DNA of 64,000 nucleotides from Octopus vulgaris (GCA_951406725.2 OX597823.1:7502001-7566000); one strand, 5' to 3'; shown: positions 13,220 to 25,787, counted from the first letter of the stretch. The notes: generated by a model not told the origin, from the sequence alone. Numbers and translations are program-made.

Positions 13220-13440
13220 TGGCAGAAACGTTAGCGCGCCGGGCGGAATGCTTAGCGGTATTTCGTCTGTCGTTACGTTCTGAGTTCAAATTCCGCCGAG
13301 GTCGACTTTGCCTTTCATCCTTTCGGGGTCGATAAATAAAAGTACCAGTTTCGCACTGAGGTCGATGTAATCGACTTAATTCCTTTCTCTGTCCTTGTTT
13401 GTCCCCTCTGTGTTTAGCCCCTTTTTGGGCAATAAAGAAA
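13220..13440 (+). mobile_element. SINE family B, CpG-intact copy
   Basis: GGCAGAAACGTTAGCGCGCCGGGCGGAATGC...GTCGACTTTGCCTTTCATCCTTTCGGGGTCGATAAA...GCAATAAAGAAA. Confidence 0.85.
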
Positions 13441-14027
13441 TATATATTTATTGGGAAATAACTTGTGAAGCGACGAGTAGAAATTTACAGTTGAAGGGAG
13501 GTAACTTTTGATTCGCACCTGTGTTCACTGTCGTTTAGCTGCACTTTTATAAAACTTTAGTCTTTGAGATCCTAAGCTATAAAATATAACTTTTACATAA
13601 AATTACAACAATTTTTTACAAATATTAATTTGCAGAGTGTATTTTGGAGGTAACTAAATATCGCAGTGTTATTTTATCCCATGGTCTTTGGTTTCTGCCA
13701 TACACAGAAACCTTTAAGTTTATTAAAATGTAACTCATTTTCTCCTACACGAACAAATTGTTGTTTTAAAAAGTACACACACATATATTTATTACAACGA
13801 AAATTTAAATTTTGGACATAGAGTTACAAAAGCTTTCGTATCCACAAAGCCAAACAGCGTACTTCTTTTCTGATATATGTTTTATTTTCTATACACACAC
13901 ACACATATATATATATACACACACACGCACGCACAAATGCTTGGCTTCCCAGACCCCCGGTCGAACCGTCCAGTCCATGCTAGCATGGAAAACGGATAAT
14001 AATTTTATACACACACAGACACACACG

Positions 14028-14325
14028 TGACCGACCAGGCTATCAGATGTTGCTACACATCGCTGGTCACAATGTGCTTTGCTTTGTTTTAGCCTTCAAA
14101 TGACGCCACCCCGCTGGCTAAGCGAGCAGGCCAACAGAAGAAAGAGTGAGAGAAAGTTGTGGTGAAAGAGTACGGCGGGGATCCCCCCCCCCCACCTGCC
14201 GGGGCCTCGTGGAGCTTTAGATGTTTTCGCTCAATAAACACTCACAACGGCCGGTCTGGGAATCGAAACCGCGATCCTACGACCTCGAGTCCGCTGCCCT
14301 AACCACTGGGCCATTATGCCTCCAC
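14028..14325 (-). mobile_element. tRNA-derived SINE (family C variant)
   Basis: Minus head GTGGAGGCATAATGGCCCAGTGGTTAGGGCAGCGGACTCG..GGTTTCGATTCCC; shares the GAGTGAGAGAAAGTTGTGG block with 80-358. Confidence 0.8.
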
Positions 14326-14361
14326 TATATTTACACACACACACACACCCACATACACACT

Positions 14362-14420
<59 letters not shown>

Positions 14421-14669
14421 CTTTTAATACTTTTGATATATATTTAAAATAATATAAATTAATTAATTTTATGTATTGGCTTATGTTTTTCATTGTTTGA
14501 TTTGCCTAATAGTGGTTTTATCTCTAATTTAATATAATATAATATAATATATTTATACTATAAAATTGGATTTAATCCTAAATCTGATTTTTCCCTGTAA
14601 GTTTGGATTTATTCCCTAATATTTTATTATATATAGTATATATAGTATATATATATATATATATATATT

Positions 14670-14869
14670 CAAAATGTGACCGCGTGTGTACCATTAGCGA
14701 TTTTTTTTCCTCTGTCTTCCCTTCTCTGGATCTTTCCTTCTCCTATGTTTCCGATGAAGAGCTCCGCTTGAAACGTTAAACCCTCCTTCTTTCCTGAACG
14801 TCCAATAATACTATATTTGTTCCACGTCCTCGAGTTGTTGTGTTTTTATGCGCTTTCTTGTTTGGATTA

Positions 14870-14872
<3 letters not shown>
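14670..14872 (+). mobile_element. Probable Penelope-like terminal fragment with degenerate minimal hammerhead motif
   Basis: TGTTTCCGATGAAGAGCTCCGCTTGAAACGT (14746-14776) has the C(U)GAUGA-stem-GAAAC layout; flanked by (TA)n. Confidence 0.5.
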
Positions 14873-14914
<42 letters not shown>

Positions 14915-14917
<3 letters not shown>

Positions 14918-15275
14918 GTTAGGAAGGGCATCCAGCTGTAGAAACATTGCCAGATTAGACTGGAGCCTGGTGCAGCCTTCTGGCTTCCCAGAACCCCGGT
15001 CGAACCGTCCAACCCATGCTAGCATGGAGAACGGACGTTAAACGACGACGACGACGATATATAACTACGCTCCAGTCTGATCTGGCAGTGTTTCTACAGC
15101 TGGATGCCCTTCCTAACACCAACCACTCCGTGAGTGTAGTGGGTGCTTTTTATGTGCAAGGCTGGCAACGGCCACGTTCAGATGGTGCTTTTTACGTGCC
15201 ACCGGCACAGGTCTCACAACTACAATTTCTATTTGATTTTTTAATGTTGATGTACTTGACTCAATAGGTCTCCTC
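14915..15275. mobile_element. Two RTE 3' UTR fragments in opposite orientation
   Basis: 14915-15058 (+) and ~15069-15275 (-) both contain AGGAAGGGCATCCAGCTGTAGAAAC. Confidence 0.8.
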
Positions 15276-15589
15276 ATATATATACATATATATATATGTA
15301 TATATATATATGAAGAAGCAATTTAAACATGGATTTGTCTTTTATATTCTTTATAGTGATAATAATATATATATATATACAAAATAAGAAAATGGAGGAA
15401 TAGATTTCTTTCAATCATCAACTTCCAGATAATACCAATTCATATAATTTATTAACTAATTATTTAGATTAAATAGGAACATCCAAATCCAAGTGTACCT
15501 TTATCAGATGGGTAGTCATGATGGGTATACTGGGCTTCGTATATTTTACCCCAGTGTCACTTTGATGGCCATGCACTGCACTCTCACTC

Positions 15590-15627
<38 letters not shown>

Positions 15628-16002
15628 TTTTAATATTTAAATAATTTTATTTTTCCTACTTTTCTCTCTCTCACACACACACTCAGAGATATCATATATA
15701 TTTTACAACTTCCTGCTACTCTACATTGACATTTTTCTAAGCCAAATATTTGTACAAACTTACTTAGTCATGATGTGATCATCCAGAGCTGACGTAACTA
15801 TTTAAAGTTGACACCACAAGCTCTGTCTGCCAGTCTCTTAGTCTTCACACTAAAACTTAGTACTTCTATCAGATTTTTTTTTTTGTTATTTTATATTTTA
15901 TTTCGATAAGTACAAATAGTTTTAGATGTACTATTAATGAAGTAATAACCACTCTAATATACTAATATTTGAAGAAGCAATTTAAACATGGATTTGTCTT
16001 TT

Positions 16003-16399
16003 CGCATACCCTCCATCAGACACCTACCATATTCTGAGCGCCTTGTTTCCCTGGGCATGGATTCACTGAAGCTCCGGCGTTTGGCGACGGACTTGGTAAA
16101 CACCCACAAAGTTATCAACCACCTCACCAACAACAACACTGAACACCTTTTTGATCTCCATGTGTCTAACACACGTGGACATGCCTACAAAGTCAGAAAA
16201 CAATACAGCTCCCATGACTTTCGGAAACATTTTTTCACGCTCAGAGTTGCTGAAGCATGGAATAAACTGCCTGCGTCAGTTGTTGACTGCCATGACACTG
16301 CATCTTTTAAGGCCCTCATGCTTTCCGAAATCCGCCGAAACTTCACCTGATTATATATACACTTTAGATGAGTTGTAGTGCACCTGAGCACTGTACACA

Positions 16400-16478
<79 letters not shown>
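16003..16478 (+). mobile_element. 5'-truncated CR1-type LINE with (ATT)n tail
   Basis: RIPSIRHLPYSERLVSLGMDSLKLRRLATDL..NTRGH..FFTLRVAEAWNKLP, stop at 16348-16350, 3' GTGCACCTGAGCACTG. Confidence 0.9.
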
Positions 16479-16480
<2 letters not shown>

Positions 16481-16549
16481 TATAGTGATAATAATACTAT
16501 GATAGAAAAATTTTAAAGTAGGAAAAATAAAATTATTTAAATATTAAAA

Positions 16550-16587
<38 letters not shown>

Positions 16588-17632
16588 GAGTGAGAGTGCA
16601 GTGCATGCCATCAAAGTGACACTGGGGTAAAATATACGAAGCCCAATATACCCATCATGACTACCCGTCTGATAAAGGTACACTAGGCACATGCATCACA
16701 ATCGTTATGTGTGCGACATGGTGATCTCATATCAAGATAAACAGCACATGACCTTGCAGGTGGGGCCCAGTTAGAATTTTCTTCTGGTCGAGTAGCCCAT
16801 TCCGCTCAAAAGGTCTCTGAATAAGGATTATTTAAGGATGTTGAACGAACCACCCATGTTTCCAGAGGTGAATTATTCAAACCCCAAAGAATTCCTCTCA
16901 ACACATGGCTATGATGCTCCCCCCACTACTCCTGCTCATGATCAGAGATTCACATATCGTCAGCCACTAAGGGACATGCTCAACTGGTTAAGGTCAAACA
17001 ACTGACAAGCAGATCTATGGTATTGAGCAGAATATTTGCTGTAGCTCATTATTATTATTTTTTTTATTATTATTATTGAGTGAGCGAGCAGAGCATGCCA
17101 TCAAAGTGACACTGGGGTAAAATATACGAAGCCCAGTATACCCATCATGACTACCCGTCTGATAAGGGTACACTAGGCACATGCATCACAACCATATGTG
17201 CACGACATGGTGATCTCATATCAAGATAAACAGCACATGACCTTGCAGGTGGAGCCCAGTTAGAATTTTCTTCAGATCGAGTAACCCATCCCGCTCAAAA
17301 GGTCCCTGAATAAGGGTTGTTTAAGGACGTTGAACGAAGCACCCATGTTTCCAGAGGTGAATTATTCAAACCCCAAAGAATCCTTCTCAACACATGGCTA
17401 TGATGCTCCCCCACTACTTCTGCTCGTGATCAGAGATGCACATATCGTCAGCCACTAAGGGACATGCTCAACTGGTTAAGGTCAAACAACTGACAAGCAA
17501 ATCTGTGGTATTGAGCAGAATATTTACTGTAGCCCATCTTTTATACCAAGACAAAACAATGTACATGATAACACTTCCAATCAGTTAAGATCAGAAGCCA
17601 CGAGAGCCACTGCCTGGTACTGCATCAGGGCA
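16588..17632 (-). mobile_element. Two tandem copies of a ~560-bp (AAT)n-associated repeat (first truncated)
   Basis: 16588-17048 and 17077-17632 are highly similar, each bounded by (TTA)n tracts. Confidence 0.8.
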
Positions 17633-17655
17633 TTATTATTATTATTATTATTATT

Positions 17656-17749
<94 letters not shown>

Positions 17750-17768
17750 GTTTTTATTATTATTATTG

Positions 17769-17809
<41 letters not shown>

Positions 17810-17810
17810 G

Positions 17811-17854
<44 letters not shown>

Positions 17855-17855
17855 G

Positions 17856-17895
<40 letters not shown>

Positions 17896-17896
17896 G

Positions 17897-17986
<90 letters not shown>

Positions 17987-18037
17987 GTTCTTCTTCTTCT
18001 TCTTCTTCTTCTTCTTATTCTTCTTATTATTATTATT
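17633..18037. repeat. Compound (ATT)/(GTT)/(CTT) trinucleotide array
   Basis: Direct inspection. Confidence 0.95.
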
Positions 18038-18255
18038 AAGGCAGCGAGTTGGCAGAATTGTTAGCACAGCAGGCAAAATGCTTAGCAACATTTTGTCAAT
18101 CTTCGGGTTCTGAGTTCAAATTCCGGTCAGGTCGACTTTGCCTTTCATCCTTTTAGTGTCGATAAAATAAGTACCAGTTGAACATTGGGTTCAAAGTAAA
18201 TTGACTTACCCACCTCCCTGAAAATTGCTAGCCTTGTACCAAAATTTGAAACCAT
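18038..18255 (+). mobile_element. SINE family B
   Basis: AAGGCAGCGAGTTGGCAGAA...GGTCGACTTTGCCTTTCATCC. Confidence 0.75.
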
Positions 18256-19029
18256 TATTATAATTAGAATTTAGATGAAATTTTTAAAATGCCTACTAAA
18301 ATACATAAATGTAAATACTAAATGAAATAAACTCACTATTTGAGACTAATTTCATTAAATTATGCAACCTCTCATTTAAATTTTTATGCAGATTGGAACT
18401 AAGTAATGATCTCTGTGCATAGTTCCTATTGGCTAATAACTACTCATTACATCTCTGCTAATATCTACTTATTACATCACTGCACAACGGAAATAAACCC
18501 TTTACAATTAATATAAAATTAATATAAAACCTCATAAAATTGGAATAAATATTTTTAAATTATTCAAACTGAAAATCCTGTTTCATAAGAAATAGTAACT
18601 TAATGCCGGATCCAGATGGTAATATGTTAATGCTTTTAATAAAGATTTGGTTGAAATTAAAACATAATGTTAACCATCATAATTTCATTTAATCAGATCA
18701 AATGAAATAAGTACTTAATTGTAATTTGATGATTCATACTATGACAATCTCAAATATTAAAATATTAATTAACGCTTTAAAAACTGTTTTTATGTAGGTA
18801 CTGCGGGTGTTTATGAGGTGGGGAGGGATGATATTTAAGTATAAAGGTAGATAAATAGGTATCAGGTAGATAGGTACTTTGCATTCAAAAACCAAAATGT
18901 TGTCAAACATATATAGCACTTGTAAGATCCCCACAAAATTCTTATTTAAACAATAATGATCTTTAATAGTATATATATATATATATATTCCTGTGTGTGT
19001 GTTTGTAATCATTTGCAAACTGATATTGA

Positions 19030-19627
19030 CGCTGGGCGAAATGCATAATGGTATTTCGTCTGCCGTTACGTTCTGAGTTCAAATTCCACCGAGGTCGACT
19101 TTGCCTTTCATCCTTTCGAGGTCAATTAAATAAGTACCAGTTATGCACTGGGGTCGATATAATCAACTTAATCTGTTTGTCTGTCCTTGTTTGACCTCTC
19201 TGTGTTTAGCCCCTTGTGGGTAGTAAAGAAATAGGTATTTCATCTGCCGTTATGCTCTGAGTTCAAATTCCGCCTAGGTCGACTTTGCCTTTCATCCTTT
19301 CGGAATCAATTAAATAAGTACCAGTTACACACTGGGGTCAATGTAAGCGACTTAATCCCTTTGTTTGTCCTCTCTATGTTTAGCCCCCTGTGGGAAATAA
19401 AGAAACAAATATTGGTTTCAAATTTTGGCACAAGGCCAATAATTTCAGAGGAAGATTTATGTCGATTTTATCAGCTCCAGTTCTCAACTAGTACTTATTT
19501 TATCGACTCTGAAAGGATGAAAGGCAAAGTCGACCTCAGCAGAATTTGAACTCAGATCATTAAGATGAATGAAATAGTGCTAAGCATTTTACCTGGCATG
19601 CTAGCAATTTTGCCAGCTCACCACCTT
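19030..19627. mobile_element. Cluster of family-B SINEs (tandem dimer on +, then one on -)
   Basis: Body repeated at ~19030-19235 and ~19235-19405; inverted copy ~19410-19627. Confidence 0.8.
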
Positions 19628-19651
19628 ACAAATATTGTTAATAATGTTCTG

Positions 19652-19925
19652 TCATGTAGCAATACAGTTCATGTAGCTGTAATTAGCTATCATGTAGTAG
19701 TACACAAGTAATAGTATACCTTTCATGTAGCTTTTATCAACTATCATGTAAGCTTTAATCAGTTATCATGTAGCAATACAGTTCATGTAGCTGTAATCAT
19801 CTTTCATGTAGTAGCACTATTCATCTAGCTGTAATCATCTATCATGTAGTAGTACACGTCATGTAGCTATAATCATTGATCAAGTAGCAGTAAAGTTCAT
19901 GTAGTAGTAATCGTTTACCATGTAG
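19652..19925. repeat. Minisatellite, ~39-bp dimeric unit with TCATGTAG core
   Basis: TCATGTAG recurs about 13 times, mostly at alternating ~18/21-bp spacing. Confidence 0.85.
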
Positions 19926-20140
19926 TATCAGTTTTGTGCATATATAATTGCTGATTAAACCATCAGCTTTAAAACAGTATATCGCAGCTCAGAATAAGTT
20001 TTATTAATCAAAGAAACGGCCATGAGAAGCAACACATTTTTACCTGTAAGAAACAAGTCTATTTATTCCAGTAGCATAGAATTCTAGAGTCTTGGAATTA
20101 ATGAATTCTTCAACTGTATTTTGAGCTGCTGGTTTGTCAC
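19926..20140 (-). pseudogene. Hsmar1-like mariner 3' end
   Basis: AAQNTVEEFINSKTLEFYATGINRLVSYR*KCVASHGRFFD** (cf. FYATGINKLISRWQKCV..NGSYFD) followed by a degenerate TIR (GCAATTATATATGCACAAAACTGATA). Confidence 0.8.
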
Positions 20141-20214
20141 TGAAATTGGGTGAGAAAGAGAGAGGACATCATAACTCAGCTTGTTCAATTTTTGCAGTGT
20201 CATTTGTAGGACAT

Positions 20215-20428
20215 AATAATAATAATAATAATGAAATTATTGTATACAGTGCTCAGGTGCAACACAACTTGTCAAAAGTGCGTATAAAGCATATGCAGTA
20301 ATGTACAAATGTCTGGAAAGTGAACATTGTATGAGTTAGATACATGCTTGCGTGTGTATGGAGGGGAGAAAATCAGGTGTGGTGTTGGCGAATCTCAGGA
20401 AGCATGGAAGTTTTGAAGGATGCAGTGG
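20215..20428 (-). mobile_element. CR1-type LINE 3' tail
   Basis: Same 3' UTR as 34210-34400. Confidence 0.85.
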
Positions 20429-21092
20429 CTGAATATTGTGAAGGAGGGAAATTGGTCTAGTAAATGATTCAATTAAATAGTTAAACTTCTTTTTCTTAAA
20501 GGGAAGTAATTTTTTCCACTTTGCAAACATTACATATTTATCTGGTTGTCTCTGGTGTGTATATGTGTGTGTTTGTGTGTAAGAGAGAGAGAGAGAAAAA
20601 GCAAGAGAGAGAGAGAAACAGTGCATAGGTATTTTTCATACTGAACCTACAACTTTGTTGCTTGATTTGAGTTGTATAAACTCCAAGGGTGAGCCATATC
20701 TTGCACAGATCAGTTTCTCAATTCAGTGATGGTAATAATAGTAATTTAGTTTAAGTGGTAATGAATAAAGATGGGCGTCAGTAACAGCAACCATTAGGGG
20801 TCATGTCAATAGCAATATTGATTTCAAAATTTGCCTCAAGGCCACCAATTTCGGAAGAGGGGTAAGTCAATTATGTTGACCCAAGTACTCAACCGATATT
20901 AATTTTATCAACCCTGAGAGGATAAAAGGCAAAGTCAACCTGAGTGGGATTTGATCTCAGAATATAAAGAAGGATGAAATGCTGCTAAGCATTTTGCCAA
21001 GTATACTAATGATTCTACCAGCAGTATTAACATTTCTCTTCGATGGGAATATAAAATGAATAGACTTAGTTTTATTCCTCTCAAGTAGACTA

Positions 21093-21480
21093 TAGGCGTA
21101 GGAGTGGCTGGGTGGTAAGTAGCTTGCTTACCAACCACATGGTTCCGTGTTCAGTCCCACTGGGTGGCACCTTGAGCAAGTGTCTTCTTCTATAGCCTCG
21201 GGCTGTCCAAAGCCTTGTGAGTGGATTTGGTTGGTGGAAACTGAAAGAAGCCTGTTGTATATATATGTGTGTGTGTGTGTGTGAGTTTGTCCCCCCCCCC
21301 CCCAACATCGCTTGACAACCGATGCTGGCGTGTTTATGTCCCCGTAAATTAGCGGTTCGGCAAAAGACACTGATAGAGTAAGTACTAGGCTTCCAAAGAA
21401 TAAGTCCTGGGGTCGATTTCCTCGACTAAAGGCGGTGCTCCAGCATGGCCGCAGTCAAATGCCTGAAACAAGTAAAAGAG
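21093..21480 (+). mobile_element. SINE family A
   Basis: TAGGCGTAGGAGTGGCTG...TGAAACAAGTAAAAGAG. Confidence 0.85.
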
Positions 21481-21651
21481 TATCCCTTTATATATTCTTT
21501 CTTTCTTTCTCCCTTGTTTTCTGTCTTTCTTTCTTTCGTTCCTTTTTTGCTTTTTTTTATTATTTTATTTTAGGTTTTTCCCAAAATTCAAGTCAATCAC
21601 TCACACCGAGACAAGGACCTTATGGGTTACATTGATTGGTTGATGAATGTG

Positions 21652-21701
<50 letters not shown>

Positions 21702-22299
21702 CATGTGGATAAACTTGTTTCTGCTTAGGCCTCGAAACCGGTTTTATATTATGATCAGTAAAACCGAAACCGATTTGCCAAAACCAATTTTAAGGCTTGC
21801 TGTTTCGGATCTTTTCAGTAAAAGATGTTTTATGTAACACATTCTACCAGTATACGAAGTTTAAAAGTGTTTAGTTACAAATAACTATTTTTTAAATGTG
21901 TCGGTCAAAGTGAAAAGATCCGCTGTTTCTTTGTTTTTGTTTTTTTTCGCAAAACATTTCTCCATTTTTTTTCTTTTCGAGAAATATTGTTGAAACTGAA
22001 CTAACTGAACTGTTGTCAGTCACCTTTAGTTGAGAGTGCTGTCTGTTTCATTGAAACATATCGCAACATACCAATTCTCACCTTCTTTCCCCTTGAACCT
22101 CAGATCAGCACCTTGTCATCTCCTTCGCTAACCCCTGGCTGACTCTTTGAATTTGCAGGTAACTGAGTTTATTCATAGCAAGTCAAGGGGATGCTGTTAG
22201 TCTTCAGTCGGGTGATCTTTCCCCGTTGAGCATATGTAATAAATAACCAGTTCCAGATTCATTTCAAGGAAGTAACACTAAATTTTTTGATAAAAAAAA

Positions 22300-22672
22300 G
22301 TGAAGAGATCGCTATAACGGACGATAGCGATTGCCATAACAGATGATAGCGATCGCCATAACAGATGATAGTGATGATGAAGCTGGTGTAAGCCAATAAG
22401 ACATACTTTGTCAAACAGATTTGGCTCACGAAAATGCTTGTTTACCCCAGCTAAAACCTGAATTTAACAAAGTTTTAAATAAGGTAAGAAAAATTTCAAA
22501 ATTTTTCCGTAAATCTCCTATAAAAAATGAAATTTTGCAAGATTTTGTACGAGCGAACTTTGATAACAGAGAATATAAACTTATACTGGATTGCAGAACT
22601 CAGTGGAATAGCACATTCCATATGATTGAGAGATTTTTGAAATTGAAAAGCTGCATTCCAAATGCTCTACGA
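22300..22672 (+). pseudogene. hAT transposase fragment
   Basis: KVLNKVRKISKFFRKSPIKNEILQ..KLILDCRTQWNSTFHMIERFLKL (LILD..TRWNS motif). Confidence 0.85.
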
Positions 22673-23659
22673 GCAGAACGGATCTTTTCCTTTTGAAGGC
22701 CAGATTTCAACACAATTTCTAGTTAACTAAACACTTTAAAACTTCGTATAGTGGTAGAATGTGTCAAAAGAAAACATTATTTTTCACTTGGCTTTCTTGA
22801 TAAATTTGTAATTCGTTTGTTTAACGTAGTTTAATTTTTCGAATTTTAACCAATCCTATGCTCTCTTTTGAGCTAAAATCATTTGCTGCGTCTAAAACTG
22901 AGACAACATCCTGTAACTAACCCTCCCCCTCCCACTAACCCTAACCCTAAATTTTTTCTTTCTTAATTGTTAAATTAATTTAATTGTTACGTGTGTAAAA
23001 AAAACTAAAGCAATGGAAAATAATTTAAACAATTAACATACAAAATAATTCTATAAATTTTATACACACGCTTTCCGTACGTATACGAAAGCGTGTAGAT
23101 TGAAAAAAGTTCTTTGTTGCTACTGGCAACAAATGTCTTTCCCTCAGGGCAGACGTGTGTGTGTATGTTTTTGAGTCTGTGTTTGTTCCCACCACTGCTT
23201 GATAACTGGTGTTCATTTACTTATGTCCCCCATAACTTAGTGTTTCAGCATGAGAAACTGATAGAATAAGTGCAAAACCTAAAAAGGAAAGTAAATATTG
23301 GGGTCAAGTCCAATAGCAGAGGGGGAGACGATGCAGTTAGCAGCAGGCCGCTTGGTCAGCAAAAGAGACCGTTCTTGGCTCTGTCCGTCTTTTTATCCCT
23401 ATCTCACGAGAGCTACCTCGTTGTTAACGATGTGACCAGGGGAGATAACTCCAGATGACCCCCCCTCCTCCCCACGTTCGGACATGGATTCAACTACGGT
23501 CGCCAACACAGCTAAACCCTTCAAGGTGGTACTCCAGCATGGTTGCAGTTCAATAACTGAAACAAGTAAAATATAAAAGACATTTATGTACGTACATATA
23601 TGTATGCATGTACGTATGTATGTATGTCCTTCTGTCCCTCTGTCCATCCATACACACGT

Positions 23660-25150
23660 AGATGGTGGGTGACTTCAGAGTTAAACCTAGGCTGAAACAG
23701 AGATAAAAGCCAATATGGAGAAGGAAGATATGGAAGCTAAAAGATTCTACAATTGGGAAAAGATCTAGAGAGATTCTAAATAACATAAACGTAGGGAGGT
23801 AAATTAAGATACCTGTAGCAGAGATGAAAACTAGGAATTTCTATAAAATAACTGGCTCTGGGCCCCAGAACACACATGTGGTTAGAGCAAAGTTCTGACC
23901 AAGCTGAAAGTAACATGGTAGCAATGTAATACATTTGATAGGGCAGTAAAGGTAGACAGACAGGCATGGAAAATCTGGAAAGAAAGTGGTAATAGGGAAT
24001 ATTACCAAGAGGCTAGAAGAGCAGTTAGGGGACAGGTATGTTTGGCTAAGGCGGTGAGCTGGCAGAATTGTTAGCATGCCGGGCGGAATGCTTAGCAGTA
24101 TTTTGTCTGCTGTTACGTTCTGAGTTCAACTTTGCCTTTCATCCTTTCGGGGTTGATTAAATAAGTACCAGTTACGCACTGGAGTCGATATAATCGACTT
24201 AATCCATTTGTCTGTCCTTGTTTGTCTTCTCTGTATTTAGCCCCTTGTGGATAGTAAAGAAATAGGTATGTTTGGCTAAGGATGAAGAAGAGATTTGTAA
24301 ATGTCTTGCAATGTGAAGATCAGAGGCATGAAGTGTTCAGAACTGCAAGATGGTGCGTGAGAGAGAACCGAGATGCCATTGGTGAGAAGTGAATTTGGAA
24401 TGATGAAGGGGTAATTGCCACTGATTGGAAGACAAGAAAGTGGTGTGGAAGTACTATTATGAGTGGCTTTGAATGTGGAGAAGGGAAGGGATAAAGAGAG
24501 ACTGCTTCATGTTGACCCTACGGAGTGAAAGGCAAGTCAAGTTGACAGCAGAATAGTAGGTAAAGCAATCAAGGACATGAAGGGAAGGAAATTGTGGATC
24601 CATCAGAGACAGTCGCTCAAAATATCTAGTGAGGTGGGACACAGGATTACCACTTGGTTAGTAAATCAAGTTATACAAGAGGGAGTCATACCCAATACTG
24701 GCATAGCAGTACTATTGTACACTAGTACAAAGGCAAAGGAGATGCCTTTGACAGAAGTACTTATAGAGGGATCAGATTACTAGATTAGGTCATGTAGGTC
24801 ACAGAGAGGGTTTGCAGCACAATTGCTTTACTACGGGGAAAGATCTAGATGAGATGCAGTTTGATTTTGTACCTGGAAGAGATACTATAGATGCAGTCTT
24901 CCTAGTGAGGCAACTGCAGGTGAAATACTTGGCTAAGATCAAACCATTATCCTTGGCCTTTGTTGACCTGGAGGTGTTTGATAGAGTACCATATGCAGCA
25001 ATCTGGTAGTCACTCAAGAAATCAGATGTTGACAAATGACTTGTAAAAGTCATGTTCAAAGATGCAGTAAGTAAAGTGAGAGGTAACAATGAGTTCCCTG
25101 AGGAATTTAGCATGATGGTTGGAGTCCATCAAAGGTCAGTCTTCGGTCCC
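23660..25150 (+). pseudogene. Old RTE LINE reverse transcriptase remnant
   Basis: LDEMQFDFVPGRDTIDAVFLVRQLQ..AFVDLEVFDRVP and VGVHQRSVFGPFLFIIVL; many stops and frameshifts. Confidence 0.8.
24048..24266 (+). mobile_element. SINE family B inserted in RTE with target-site duplication
   Basis: AGGTATGTTTGGCTAAGG at 24034-24051 and 24264-24281. Confidence 0.9.
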
Positions 25151-25271
25151 TTCTTGTTCATTATAGTTCTACAGTGTGTGTGTGTTTGGGGGGGAGGGTG
25201 CACATGCAATTGGGTACCTCAATCCAATCCCTTCCACACATTCATTTAATTTCATTCCCATTTAGGTATAT

Positions 25272-25321
<50 letters not shown>

Positions 25322-25681
25322 TATATATATTATATATAGATATATATATTATATATAGATATATATTATATATATATATATACGTAAATATAAGAGAGTT
25401 ACCGTTAAGTGGTTAACTCTAGTGCTAGAAATAGCTCCTTATTCTGGTATAGCCACCGAAGTTGTTTTCACAAAAGAAATAACATTACCTTCAACGTAAG
25501 GAAAGTGAAATACAACGAAAAGATAGATTAATGCTGAACAATTGTTTCTTTATCAATATAATATGCAATTATACTCACATATTTATCTATAAGTCATCAG
25601 CAGCATTTGTCTTTGATACAATTTATTAGACCCTCATGGGCGATAAATACCCATGCAGTCCAATCGATTGCATACATAAGA

Positions 25682-25787
<106 letters not shown>

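Noticed and set aside
20045-20140. Apparent exon with good acceptor and donor on the minus strand
   Set aside because: The sequence is the C-terminus of a mariner transposase and homology continues past the donor; exonisation cannot be excluded but is unsupported.
22917-22950. Telomeric TAACCC units (also ~31602)
   Set aside because: Only 2-3 units, embedded in a repeat; not an interstitial telomere array.
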